Of a stretch of 64,000 nt of DNA, positions 48,995-62,677 are shown piece after piece; the first letter of the stretch is position 1; every line of letters starts with the position of its first letter. The DNA is from Schmidtea polychroa (Eukaryota). The notes beneath the pieces were generated by a model. It searched no databases. It saw only the letters and a list, made by a program, of their open reading frames with translations, and was not told the DNA's origin. The stretch lies in assembly GCA_044892525.1 (NCBI GenBank), contig CM097885.1:49044001-49108000 (forward strand), written 5' to 3'. The position numbers and the translations under genes are program-made.

Positions 48995-51602
48995 AAAAAA
49001 GAATAAAAAGGAGATTTCTGGAAATGGTAAACTTTTACCATTCTTAGATCCCAAACTGCAGTACACTACTAGCATCACTAAATGACATTATCAAGACAAA
49101 ACGAAATGTCATAATAAACTGGACACACCAAACAACCATACATTCGACTAAGACAAAAAAAGTCTTTCAACGGCAACATTACTCAGTTACCCAGATCCAG
49201 AGCTAGATTACCATCTAACAACAAACTGTTCAGGTTTCGCAATGGGCGCAACAATTTTCCAAGAAAACAAATTTGGCAAACAACCACTAGGATTCTTCTC
49301 AAAAAAACTAAAGTCCCACCAAACTAGATATTCGACTTTCGACAGAGAACTCCTAGCAATACATAAAGCAATCAAACACTTCCAACGTTTACTCGAAGGA
49401 CGAACTTTCACAGGACGAAAATATTCACAGACCACAAACCGCTAACAAATGCGATTGAAATGAAAAATCCCTCACCAAGGCAGATTAGAACAATCAACTT
49501 TATTTCACAATTCAATTGCACAATAAACTACGTAGCGGGAAAGTCAAACATAGCAGCAGACGCTCTATCAAGAATCGAAAGTGATATAAACTCCCTGGAA
49601 TTCGAAAAGTTAATTGAATTGGATCAAATCAAATTCAAAAAAAAGAAACAATAAACAAACTCACCACCAAACACTTCCTGAAACTAGAAGAACTCAACGG
49701 AGTATGGCACGACGTCTCCAACGAAAGCAACAAACAAATACTACTCCCTGAGGAATTCCGCCAAAACGTCATCGAAAAGATACACAAGATTTATCACCCG
49801 GGAAACAAAGTAACATTAGAACTAATACAAAACAATTATATATGGCATAACATGTGGAAATACATCAAAAACTGTGTGAAGAGTTGCCACAGCTACCAAT
49901 TAAACAAAACAATAAAAAAAACTCAAAACAACAAAAGTAAGCTTTCCAAGCAACGAAGTTTTGAAACAATACACACAGATGTGGTAGGACCACTACCACC
50001 AAATGACAACTACAAATACCTGCTGACAATTATAGACAGGAAATCAAACTGGTTCGAAATGATGCCAATAAAAGAAATCACCGCAAAAAATATTTGCGAT
50101 ATGATCGAACTAAATTGGATAGCTCGTTATGGCCAACCGAAAACAATCATAACCTATCTAGGCAGACAATACGAATCAGAAATGTTCAAAATACTCTGCA
50201 ACAAATACCACATCAAAAGGAACCGAACAACAGCTTACAACCCACAATCAAACGGAAAAATCGAACGGTTTCACAGAACATTAAAAGAAAGCATCAGAAC
50301 AAAAGCCAATGATCAAAACTGGTTAAACCAACTACCCACAATACTAATCGGACTAAGAAATAACCCAAACTCAACAGATAATGAAAGTCCAGCATACAAG
50401 GTTTTCGGAAAAGCAACAAATCTACCATCACTTAAATCAGATACAACTAAAAACACTGAGAACATCAAACAAATAACAAACAAAAACAGCGAAACCACTG
50501 AACAGAAACCAAAAGGAATCCTAAAAAGGAGACCAGACTCTGAATTGGACGGAAAAACCGTACTAACAACAGATTTCATCCTAATAAAAAAACCATTCAC
50601 AAAAGGTTTCGAATCCAAATACGAAGGCCCATTCAAACTCCTAGAAATCAACAAAAACGTCGCCAAATAATTAAAAATAACAACAAAACGAAAATAAACA
50701 TAAGGGGAATAAAACCCTACTACCAGAACGAAAATCCGCAAAACAATACACCAAAAGACAAAACACAAACTCAAACAAAAACACAACCAACTCACAAAAA
50801 TATCACATTCAACTAGAAAAACTCAATCAAACTATTCGACAAAGACACAATAATCACTCCCCCATACAAAAAACAATACACTGAATGCCTTAAATAAAAA
50901 CTCACACAAGCAGAGCACAAGCACAAACAAAATCAATTGCACAACTTTTATTTCGTTGTAATTAAGGAACAGTCCGTAATTTTTTTTTGTTTTATCCAGG
51001 TTGTATATATAAAAACAGAAAAAAATACATAAAAATACATACAAAAACATACAAAACATACAAAAAAATGATACTTTCATGTTACTCCTTATAGATGCAT
51101 GTTAACCTCCGGTTTTAAAGGGGGAAGTTTTATAATGTATAGTTAAATTATATTTTTTAATGTTGGTTATTTCTGTTGGCGCACGTTGCTTGTAAAAAAA
51201 GATAAAAAACTATATAGCGATAATTTACCATAGTGAATTATCGCTATATAAAAATATCGAACACAAATAAAAATCGATAGAAAAAATTAAGTTAACTATT
51301 AGAAATTGGTTGAAAATTAGAATATTAGAAATTGAAATTGGTCGAAAATTGGCAATAAAGAATTGGCAATAAAGAAAAGTATCAGAATATTGGTAATAAA
51401 GTGCGTTTTTTTTATTGAAATTTTTTATGATAATAAAAGTTGTAATTAAATTAACTGATTTTTTTATATTATATCTGCCACACTACATATACGCACCCCA
51501 GCTGTCCCGAGACAGTTCTTTTAAAGGAAACTCGGCTGGGTTCTACCACACTTCCTATATACACACACAAAACATATACGAACAAACAACTATTTAATTA
51601 CA
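48995..51602 (+). mobile_element. Ty3/Gypsy 3' half: RT end, RNase H, integrase, PPT and probable 3' LTR
   Basis: YSTFDRELLAI, TDHKPL-like, NIAADALSR, IHTDVVGP and YNPQSNGKIERFHRTLK (second catalytic D lost). PPT AAAGGGGGAAG at 51117-51127; the LTR-like segment ends ...TTACA. Confidence 0.88.
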
Positions 51603-51611
51603 ATACATACG

Positions 51612-52160
51612 CAGGGCTTAAGAGAGTGAGACGCCCGGGGCAAATTTTTTTTGGGGCCCCTTTTTAATAATTAAAAAATAAATATAGTTAGCGACAACAC
51701 AATATAAAAACAAATTTTTTTGTTATATTAATGATTTACGGGCTTTTGAAATTGCAAATTTATCAATTATTTCACTAAAATTTAGGTTTCTTGCAATATC
51801 GTTATTAATATGCAGCATTGCTAATCCATTTAGCCGCTCTTGTGCCATTGTAGATTTCAAGACATTCTTAATACGTTTTTGAGCTGAAAACGTACGTTCA
51901 GACTCGGCTACAGAAACCGGGATTACAAGATTTGGAAAAATTGACTCCAAATTCATTTCAATAATAGATTTAAGCACTTCTTTTGGCTTTGATGATTTGA
52001 AGTTGGTTGCGTAAATGCTTTTAAAAAATATCATTTCATCATACAGGTCTGTTGAAATGTCATCCGAAAATTTAATTTTAATCTTGTCGCACTGATTTTG
52101 CAATATGTCTTCATCAATGTTATTGAAGGTCCACAGGAATTTAAAATTATCACAAATTTC
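51612..52160 (-). mobile_element. hAT (Tip100-like) 3' end with dimerisation domain
   Basis: FPNL..PVSVAESERTFS..KRIKN.LKSTMAQERLNGLA; terminus CAGGGC at 51612. Confidence 0.8.
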
Positions 52161-52169
52161 AATTATTAA

Positions 52170-53668
52170 TCTCTTCTTTTAAATCATTTTCTATTAGATT
52201 CATTTTCCACAGGATTAATTTTTGGCTAAAACATTGCACCGCACTTATCATGTGCATAATATCATAATATCAGTAAGAAACGCAAGATCTCTAAGTCACG
52301 AAACATTGCTTAGCTCCTGATGACATCCTTCCAAAAATAAACTTATTTGTGGTAACAATTCTCTAAAACGCTTTAAAATTTTCCCCTTACTTAGCCAACG
52401 AACTTCTGTATGTAATAACAGATCAGCATATTAACAATCGAGCTCTTCGGTTAGTCCTTTAAATAAACGTCTTTGCAGTGATTTTCCTCTTATAGCATTA
52501 CTAATTTTGACTACAAGTTTCATAACAGAATTTATGTTCAAAAATTTAGCACAAAGGGCTTGCTGATGATAACTTATGAATTCAGGATATTTTTGATCTT
52601 TTTTACATAATGCAATAAAACCTTTATGCATACCAGTTAATGATGGAGCTCCATCAGTAGTGATACTTACCAATTTATCCAAAGATTTTCTATTTTTCAT
52701 CTATGAAATCCTTAACGATTTGATAAATATCCTGGCCACATGAATGTCCTTCAAGGGTTAATATTTTTAAAAGTTCTTCTCTCACGTCGAAAGTGTTAAA
52801 CACCATACGCACAAAAATAGCCAACTGAGCTTTATCAACCACATCTAAACTTTCATCAAGTTGCATCGAAAAATAAGAACACATATTTAGATCGGTTTTT
52901 AACTGAATAAATGTATCAGAAGCCATCGAGTCTACACGGCGCGTGACAGATTTAGCTGATAATTGCAGTGAAGCCATAGATGTCATAATGTCAGATTTGT
53001 TTTTGAAATCGACGAAAAAAGAATCGCCAGCTTCTAAGAATTCTTGTTTTAAATATTCACCATCTTCAAATGGTTTTTTTTAATAGACAAAGCTTTGCAG
53101 ACGCGAAAGGATGCTAGAGTAGCCGCTTCATTTTTGCTTGCTTGGTTTTTGAAGAAAGTTTGTTGATAATTTAGACTTTTTTTAAGATCTTCAACCTTCT
53201 TTCTGATTTCACTATTAAGAGGAAACCTTGTGAATTCATTTTCATGTTTCGTGTTGAAATGTCTTTCAAGATTTCCTCTTTTACATATTGCAACGCTGGA
53301 GTTGCAAATCAAGCAAATACATTTCTCATTAACATATATAAAAAAAACTCTAATTCCCATTCTTCATGAAAATGATAGTTTTTTCTTTTTTTCGCCACGG
53401 TTCCACCCTCACTCATTTCATAATTTTTTTTAATAATTTTATATAATAAATTAGTTTTAATTTAAATTCTGTTTAACATTGTACTTAAAACTAAACAAAA
53501 AACACTTTAATCTCGTTTACTTTTTAAGAACAGAAACACAAGCCTACTAAAATTGTGAACGTAACTTTTTTAAAATTTGAAATTTTAAAAAAATACTTAG
53601 AATGAAAAATTTTAAAATTCAAAAAAAATTTTTCAAGTACTTCGCGATCGACCATTTGGCGACCCCTG
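52170..53668 (-). mobile_element. hAT (Charlie/SPIN, GTF2IRD2-like) 5' portion, decayed
   Basis: BED-like CLIC...LERHFNTKH, FSMQLDES, ITTDGAPSL and HTEVRWLS; TIR CAGGGGTCGCCAAA next to CTCTAAAT. Confidence 0.85.
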
Positions 53669-54129
53669 CTCTAAATTATATTGCAATATCAATTTATGAA
53701 TTTGCAACTCTTCCTAGAAGCTCTTATTTTTTGGGTGATTTGACTGAGAAATCAGTCGACTTATATATGAAATACCCGTTGACACTCCATTTCGAATGTC
53801 AATACACTCTATTCTGTTAAAGTCAATAGAATTTCTGTTTTTAAAAGTGCAAATTTTAATTGTTACTATTTTTGGAATCATCCCTTTATCCAGCATCTTT
53901 AATGTATCTTTGTTTGTTATTCATAGATAAAATTGATAAAATATTATTAATAAATTCTAAAACACATTCAATCGATAACTGTAAGATTACATGTAAAAAC
54001 AGTTCAAAAAATCATGGTGAAAAATTATATTTGATAGTTCATCAGAGAAATAGTTTTTTTGATTTTAAAGTTTTAGCCGCTTTATATGATTATTGAAAAT
54101 ATATAATTTTCTTATTTTTACTGTCAAAA

Positions 54130-54425
54130 ACGTGGAATCAACTATTAGTACGAAATCAGAAAAGTCCCAAGGAAAGTTTTAAGATTCCAAGTACATTTTT
54201 ATATTTATCTCTAAACTCCAAAGCTATAGTTGTGAAAAATTTATCAGTATAACTCTAAAAAACTTTGATAAGCTACTACATATACTAGATCAAATTGATT
54301 ATTCATATAATATTGTAATGAAACTAATTCATGATTATATGGATTTTTACTAATTTTATCTTGTGAAACAATTGATTTAATTAAAGAACTTTGTACTTTA
54401 CTATTACAGAAAATTATTCCATTAT
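54130..54425 (-). pseudogene. SRPRA: 5' (longin domain) fragment of SRP receptor alpha
   Basis: SLIKSIVSQDK...YNHELVSLQYYMNNQFDLVYVVAYQSFL then, frameshifted, YTDKF...EFRDKYK; canonical is ALIRSVLLQER...FTHEALTLKYKLDNQFELVFVVGFQ...YVDKL...FRDKY. Confidence 0.78.
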
Positions 54426-54592
54426 CATTATTTTTTTGAATTCTCTGTACTGCACTTGGTGCAGTAAAACAAACAATATGCACTTAGTGCAATAAAGTAA
54501 ATAACCACAATCAACCAGATGGTTGACTTTTCCTAAAAAGTAAATAATCAACCAAGTGGTTGACCAAAAGTAAATCAACATATGTTGATCAA

Positions 54593-54639
<47 letters not shown>

Positions 54640-54750
54640 CAACAATAATAACAATAATAATAATAACAATAATAATAATAACAATAATAATAACAATAAT
54701 ACAACAATGACAATAATAACATTAATAATAACGATCACAATAACAACAAT
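54593..54750. repeat. (AAT/AAC)n microsatellite
   Basis: Directly visible. Confidence 0.97.
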
Positions 54751-54859
54751 ATAAATTTATTATAATGTAATCAAGAATAAATCAATATAAATCAAATTGT
54801 TAATAATAAGTTATCACAATAATGTTTATTCTTTTCATCACATAGATACCATCATTATT

Positions 54860-57800
54860 GATTATTGTCCACATGTATATTTATTCTGTACCTATTTGTT
54901 CCTATTATGTAGTATTTGAGCTTCAACTTTTCTAACATTTCTAACAGTTGTGTTAATTTGGGAATTCTCAATATCTATTAAGGGTTTTTTAAAGCTATCT
55001 ATTATTTTTTCACTCGGAGGGGGATTTATTTGAGTTATATTATTAAATATTTTATTAAGTGTTATTTTAGATTTTTTATTATAATTATTCCTTATTTTGT
55101 AGGTTAGTTCAGTTTATTTAGCTTTATCTCTAATATTATTTATAATTAAGGATTTGTCATATTTATTTGGGAAAATTGAGGTGTGAATTTTACAGATTTC
55201 ATTGAGACCTATTTCAGGAGTTATGTCGTTGTTATCAAGTTGTATGGTCAAGTTATTAAGGAAGTTCTTATAAACCTCTACTTAAGACCACCTCACTAAA
55301 GAGACCACCTCTAGTTAAGACCTCTATTTCTTCGGAACCAAATTTACACAGTAGTTTACTGGGACAAATAACCCTCCATAATAGGACCACCCTCTCTCGT
55401 TAAGACTACTTTTCGTAAAAAATATTATTAGTTTAAATATTTTTTGTTTAAATATTTTTTTAAAATTAAAATGGGAGTAAAAAAAACGAGAAAGGAGCTT
55501 ACATTGAGCGAGAAGATGGATGTTATTAAATCTTCTGAGCGAGGAGAAGGACAGAGACTTATTGCAAGACGATTTTCTTGTAGTAAAACGCTAGTCCACA
55601 ATATCATTGTTAACAAAGAAGAAATAAATGAGCTTTGGAACAATAATGCAAATAAAAAACTAAAACGACTAACAAATCAGCAGTTTAAACTTATCAATGA
55701 GTATGTTCTAGAGTGGTATGAAAACAAAGTGCTGCGAGGCTTTCCTATTAACGGAGAATTGTTGAAAGCATCAGCTAAGAAGATAGCTATTAGTCTAAAC
55801 AACAATGTGTTTAAAGCTAGTAATGGCTGGTTGGGGAAATTCCTCAAGAGAAACAATATTACTTTGAGGGTTTTATTGAGGGTTTTTTGATAACAGTGAA
55901 GCCAAATCGAAGAGTCAAACAACATTAGATGAGTTTTTATAATAAAATCTTCAATTTAAGTCTAGTTTTCTTTATAAAAATAAAATCCTCTCTAATAGGA
56001 CCACCTCTAGTAAAGACCACTTTTGGTCCGGAACCAAGGGTGGTCCTATTAGAGAGGTTTCACTGTACAAAATATATTTTATTACACCTTACTGAACATT
56101 AGTTTCTTTTTTTAAATATTTTTTAAAGTTACAATTTAAAATGGGAAAATAATTAGAATGAATTAAATTAAAAAATTATAAACATCTGATTTATAATTGA
56201 AATGAAAAATGATTGTCATTAGGTAGTCTGTCATTTATAATTTTAATAATAATTTCTCTTAATTGATAAATTTATGTTAGGTTTAGAAATTAAATTACTA
56301 TTTCTGTTAAGGCAAAGTGTAAAGTGGCAGATATAAAAACCTGAATCTTGTGTTGTACATGTAGAGTATTATAATTCGGTTACTGTAATTATTATAGGTG
56401 AGATGATGTTTTGTATATTAAGTATAGTGTTTAAAATATTGTTTGAAGTTTGTTAATGCTATGTCACAAGTAGGGTCTATAATGGTGGCTAGTTTTCTAA
56501 TTTTATTTAAGTAAAATAGTGCCCATGTATTGCCTGTTAAATTAAGTTGGAAAAATATTTCATTCTATTCAGGATATTTATGAAATGGTAATGATTCAAA
56601 AAAAGTTTTAAAGTTTTTCTTTATTAGGCCCATGCCTATAAAATTATCTATAATTATAGTGGAATTGCGTTTAACAAAGGCATGTAGGTAAAGTTTAATG
56701 GTATGCTGATTTAGTCAATCTAATCCTATGTCAGAGTTGACTAGTGGTATATCATCAGGGATTGTATTAGTTTTCTCATTTATTGGTAAAACGCCAATAT
56801 GTTTATTAAAATGTTCAAGTTGAGTATGTGTTTCTATGATCTCTTTACAATAACATGTTATCATATTAGTGTTGCAGTTCTTATTCTTATGTTTGGTGCT
56901 TACATGCTTGTTTATTTCGTCTTGGGAAGATCTAATGTTTAAGTTATTTATGCAAGGGTTTTTCATTCTCTTAGTCATGCAATTAATTGTACCTTCCTCG
57001 TTAATTTCTAAAGTTAGTTCTCTATCACGAATGCTATTCATTCCTCTAGAGATGGGTATGACTAGGTCTTTGTGGAATTCATTAATATGGTTTTCAGCTT
57101 CATTTATGTTATATAAGTATTTAATTGTATTTTTATGTTTCTGTTTGGGGTCGCATATTTTTCTTAATTTTGTCATGGTGGTATTCGTTTCTATGTTCAA
57201 GTTGGTCATCTGGTCTAGTAACCCCAAGTCTTTTGCCGCATTTATCATTTCTGGAGCCTACAAAAACAAAATATCCGTCATTTCTCAAATTAAAAAGTTT
57301 TCTAACACGTTGTAGCATTGCTGTTAATAATTGTGGCGTAGTAGGTGTCTCATTGATCCCTAACCAGTCAACTGAAGTAGAGTCTTTGTACTCTATGTTC
57401 GGAGATTTATCAATTGGTGGTGTTGGTATTAAGATATTTTTATGTGCTATTCTTTTAGTTTTGTTAAGTACATCTAAGTTATTTATTAAATTAAACGTTT
57501 GGTAAGTTTGCGTGTTCATATTAGACCGTTTCTTATAGCTGTAAGTGTTGTTAGGAATTATTTGGTTGTCTTGTGTATTATTATCAGTGGTAATTTGGGT
57601 ATTATCAAACAGGTCTCTGCTTGAGTTAATAGATACATACTTATTCAAGGAATTTATCTTATCATCATTTGTAGGCTGACTAATGTATTGTGAGCTATTT
57701 AATGGGCTATAAAAGTTGGTGTCGTCATCTATTGTGATACATGATTCAGTGTCGGAGTCATTAAACACTGTACTATATTTGCTCTTTATGTCACTTATCT

Positions 57801-58400
57801 TTTGATTAATTTTAGTTTTGGTGGTCAATGATTGATTTATATCAAGGTGTTCTATAATATTGTTTATTATGGGTTTATTATCAATGGCATGTTGCTAAGT
57901 TGTTGTGTGAGATAAGTCATTTTGGAATCACTAAGTATTATATTATCAATGTCGATATCAAGGTCAACTTGCTGGGTATTAGTGAGGTCAGTAGTTATTG
58001 GCTTACTTACTTGATTAGGTGAATCTAGTTTAAGGTTGTTTTCTATTAGTTTGTTGTTGTCGCCTAGTTTGTTTAGTTTAATATCAGGTGTAGATGGCAG
58101 ATGTTCATTGCATCGAGGTCTAAGTGAATAATCTATGCTGATGGATTTTATGTTAATATTTTCTGGAGATTCATTAGGTATTTGTGAAGTAAAGATATTA
58201 AAATTCATCTCAGTTTGGCTAGAGTTGTTATTGAAAATTTTACTATTTTTAATCTCATTTATGACGTTTATGGGAGTTGTTATTTTAATTGGAAGTGTTG
58301 TTGTATCTTGGAGGGGGGTTTTATTTTTGTTAAAATGGGGGTTTTTTCTATATCTATTTTGGTTGTAGAGATAGGCTGTGTTGTCTATATTATTTTTATT
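54860..58400 (-). mobile_element. Decayed 5' part of a probable non-LTR retrotransposon with zinc finger and Ulp1-like protease remnant (NeSL-like)
   Basis: Long broken Asn/Thr-rich frames, CYC...HFNKH, and FQLNLTGNTWALFYL...IIDP followed by DSGFYICHF, resembling Ulp1 HW..D..DCG motifs. No RT seen. Confidence 0.4.
55271..56065 (+). mobile_element. Internally deleted Tigger/pogo element (HTH-psq plus CENP-B HTH only; ORF ~55470-55890)
   Basis: LTLSEKMDVI and FKASNGWLGKFLKRNNI; right TIR ends ...AGAGGTTTCACTG then TA; AGACCACC iterons at both ends. Confidence 0.85.
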
Positions 58401-58479
58401 AATAAGAATACCTATTATTCCTCAAAAGCCCATATTCCTCAATTCTAAAAACTGTACAAATGGTATGATGCGTTCTAAC

Positions 58480-59331
58480 ACGGCGCGGTAATGAGATCTG
58501 TCTTTTTACACTAGAGTTAGCGTCTGCTTGTCAAGTGTTGAGCCAGTTTTAAGACGAAATTCAAGCTCCTTCCAGTTCATCATGTGCTGCCTGTGCTCCT
58601 TTGACTTCTCATGGTTCTCCAGTCTTACTCAAATATTTTCAACTTCAGAAACCTTGATATGTTAATTTCATTTTTGTTTCACCAAACAACTTGCAGTAGA
58701 AATAGTACACGCATCCTGCTGTTTGGAATACACAAGTCACCTTCGGATTATCATTTCCATTTGGCCGCATCTTAGAATAGAAGTACAGATTGAATCTGAT
58801 GTTTCCTTTTGCTGTGGGTCGTTTGGGAAATTTGTAATATTTCACCTGTACAGCTACAAGTTTCACAATGTCAATACGCAAAGCATCTCATATATTTTCT
58901 GGCCAAGTTGCAGGGTCAGTACTGGGAGTAGAAAGTTCTAGTGGCACGGCTTGGGGTATATTTTCAGCCGTATGTATAGCTTGCTGACAACAATCAACGA
59001 CACCATCTGAGCTATGCGCATTCCTTTTTGTTTAGGAAAACGTAGTAAGTAAGAAACCTGGTGCATCGCCAAGAGAGCAACTCAGCTGATTATAATAAAG
59101 TGTGCCTAAAGAACTATTTTATACAGTAAATACACGTGATAGAAAGAGTTACACAATATTTAGTGCAGATTTTGCATAATTAAGCTGTGCGTCACTAGGT
59201 TTTATTTATTTCTTCATTTTGATTACATTTTTTCACACATTTAACTTTTTACATTAAAATACTTTCTATCAAAACGGGACCCCTTAAATTTCCATGACCC
59301 TTGCAGCCGCAGGCCCATCGCGACGGCCCTG
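58480..59331 (-). mobile_element. hAT (Tip100-like) 5' fragment with TTF-type zinc finger remnant
   Basis: YFYCKLF...GF..W...HEKSKEH across frames; terminus CAGGGCCGTCGCGA at 59331. Confidence 0.7.
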
Positions 59332-59687
59332 GACAGACACCATAGGAAATGAATAATAGCTACATTAAATTTTACTGATAAATTTCCACTTAATTGTTCA
59401 TTTTTAAGTTACAATTGATATAATAAAGTTCGGATTATTTGACATTTTAATTATTTAGATGTTTGTTAGGCTTGTGTAAATTATAAAATCCGATTTTTTG
59501 AACTTCTGCAAATTCAATCCTATCAAATAGTAAGTATAATTTTTCTAATTTACTAATCATAAATAATATAATATTGTGCAAATGTTGGTATACATGAAAC
59601 ATGACACTTGTCTATGCATTAGTTTAACATCATATTAGTTTACCAAGTTTACAATCGATATTTTTCTTAATTATTTTTATTTTAGAG

Positions 59688-62291
59688 CAGTGTTTCCCAA
59701 CCTTTTTTAGCTCATGTCCCCCCTAGCTGAATTTTTTTTTCTTTTGTCCCTCCTATGCAAAACATTTTACAGTTTTTAAAAAATTTCCAACTATTTTTAT
59801 TGATATACGTAATTAATAGATAAAGATTAATTTTTTTATTCAATGAGACAATTGACTCTGATGGTTACTGCAGAGTGATTTAATATTAGGTTCGAAGTTG
59901 GTAAGTTTAAGCCTTAGATCTCCTCTTTCGATGATATCTAAACGATTTCTCTTCTTGATAAGTAAATCATTAATTACACTAAATCCACATTCAGATAAAT
60001 AGGTAGTGGGAAATGGTAATAATAGTTTTCTTGCATAAGATGTTGACATTGGATATTTTTTATTCATCTCATCGCTAAGCCATGCCATTATCCCTTTCAA
60101 ACCAAACAGATTTTTTATTGATTCATCGTTTTGAATCTCAGCGATTTCTTCTATATATTCGAAATTTTCGAATTCTGCCAAATCTATAAGCATCGGCTGT
60201 GTTATCCAATTTGGGAAGATAATTTCTTTTAAGTCTGAAAACCTCTCTTCTAAGTCTTCTATAAGTAATTTTAAATGGTCAAGAATCACTGACTTGGCTG
60301 ATTCACTTACTTCACATTTCTGAAGCCAATTAAAACTTTCAAAGTTTTTCTTTGAGAGTGATTTAATACTTATTTTTAAAAGCGAAATAAAACTAAAAAT
60401 ATTTGCTTTAACTTCAATAAGATTTCTGTTTTTCCCTTGAAGTTGCTTGTTGAGAGTATTAAACTTCTCAAAGATATCTGTTAAATAGCTCAAATAAGCC
60501 TTACCATCTTTCGTCATTAAGCATTTCATCTCAATCTTGTCGGAAAGAAAGACACTAAGACTATCAAAAAGCTCCATGAATCTAGCCAAACAATTTCCTT
60601 TTGAAAGCCATCTTACTTCAGTATGTAATAAAAGTCGAATATATTCTTCATTTTGTTCTTTACAGAATAACTTAAAAAGACGTTCATTCTTTGAATTGGC
60701 TTTAATGAAATTAATACATTTTATAACTGACTGTAAAACTTCATTTAACTTAGGAGAAATCTTCTTGGCTACCAAATTTTCTCTGTGAATGACACAATGA
60801 ATAATCATAATTTCTGGATTTTCGTCTTTAAGTAATTTAAGGCAGCCATTTTTTTACCCATCATGCTAGGAGCTCCACCTGAAGCACAGGAAGTAATATT
60901 ACTTAGAGGTATATTATTAATTGTAAGATAATCTTTTAGATGATTTAAAATATCTTTCGCAGTTGTTGTGCTTTCCAGCGATCTGCTGAATAAAAATTCT
61001 TCAAAAAATTCCTCTTTATCAATGTATCTTACGTAAGCAATTAATATCGATTCGCTGTCTCTAAAAGTTGATTCGTCCATTTGTAAAGAGAAATTTAAAG
61101 TTTTTAGTTTCTCAACAAGTTGATTCTCCACATCTTTACTCATTTCATCAATTCTTCTACTGACAGTATTATTACTTAACGGCATTCCCTTAACATCCGC
61201 GTCATCTTTACCCATAACTATCCTAAGAAATGCAGAAATCGAAGGCTTGATCAGACTTTCTCCTACTGTATTATTTTTTCCAGATTTTGCAATCATCTTT
61301 GAAATTTCAAAACTAGCTTCAAGTGTACGATCACTTTTAGAACTATGAAGGGTAAACAAAGATGTCAAAGTTGTTCTCTGTTCGAATTGTTTCTTTAAGA
61401 AAGAAAGCCAAATCAGATGTTTTATAAGAACTATGCTTGGCCAAAAAGTGTGCTTCGAGGCGACCTCGTTTCATTGATTCATTTGTAAGACATTGCTTAC
61501 AAAGCAGACACAAAGGTAATCTTTCATCATAAGTTGCAGGTATAAAACCAAATTTCAAATATTCTAGTGAGTACTTACGAAATTTTTTTTTGTCAAGCGC
61601 ACTTTTTCTTGTTCTATCATTATAATTTTTTTCCTTCTTCATTTTTCTGTTACCCCTAAAAAAAATTTTATATTTTTTAAAAGACACAATGATCAAAAGT
61701 TTTTAAAATATTCAAAAAAATAATGAAAATTTGAACATAACTAAACAATTAAGAAACTAAAATTTCTTACTATTATTTTAAATATAACATAACTAAACAA
61801 TTAAGAAACTAAAATTTTTTACTATTATTTTTCATTATTTAAAAAACTTATGGATAAGATTTGAAGAAAAAATCAAAAAAAGATGCCATAGTTTTTTTGC
61901 GGATGAAAAATAAAGAATTGAATCTTTTAACACGATTTTACTCATTATCTATTGTTTTTATGCTTACCATACTGTTTAATTATAAACAGAAGATAATGAA
62001 AAAGATGATCTTCTGCTTAGATAAAACCCAAAAATTTTCTTACTAAAAATATAATGAAAAGAATATTTTTTCGATCTATAATAAAAAGACATAAAACTAA
62101 ATAAGAATTGGATATTAAAATTTCGTAGACTATTCTCGAATTTTACTGAAGAAAATAAAGAAAACGTAACTCAAACCTAAAATTAACATATATTCACTAA
62201 AATTGAAATTGCCCCCCTGGAAAAACAAATTGCCCACTGGAAATCGAAATTGCCCCCAAGTGGGGCGTGGGCCCCACGTTGGGAAACACTG
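59688..62291 (-). mobile_element. Full-length hAT (Buster/Charlie, ZBED5/SCAND3-like); transposase ~61640-59840 with two frameshifts
   Basis: TIR CAGTGTTTCCCAAC with perfect TSD TTTTAGAG; RKYSLEYLKFGF, FSLQMDES, HCVIHRENL, HTEVRWLSKG and FPTTYLSECGFS. Confidence 0.95.
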
Positions 62292-62677
62292 TTTTAGAGC
62301 ATGCATTTCCCTCAAGCTGCCAAGATCAGCGCATTTCAAAACCTTTTGAAAATACAGCACTTAGGGAAGAAGACAATAGCAATGAATCACTTAACTTAAA
62401 TGAACTTGACGACGATATTGAGGAAAAGAACGATGTTGAAGTAGACATAAATTCAGAAAATGGTGATACTCTCCCCGTTGAAGCTCTTGCAATGATTCAA
62501 GATTCATCAGAAACATCCAGTGAGGATTAAAATTAAAATTTTTATCCTATAAAGAATATTTTCACTACAATATTTTTATAGGGAACTCTGTCAGATCCTG
62601 ACAATCTCCTTTATATATCACATTGCATAGATATAAATACTTAAGTTTAACCATAAGATGTCCAATATACTTATGAG

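Noticed and set aside
54414..54754. Poly-Asn and poly-Tyr ORFs
   Set aside because: They are translations of an AAT/AAC microsatellite.
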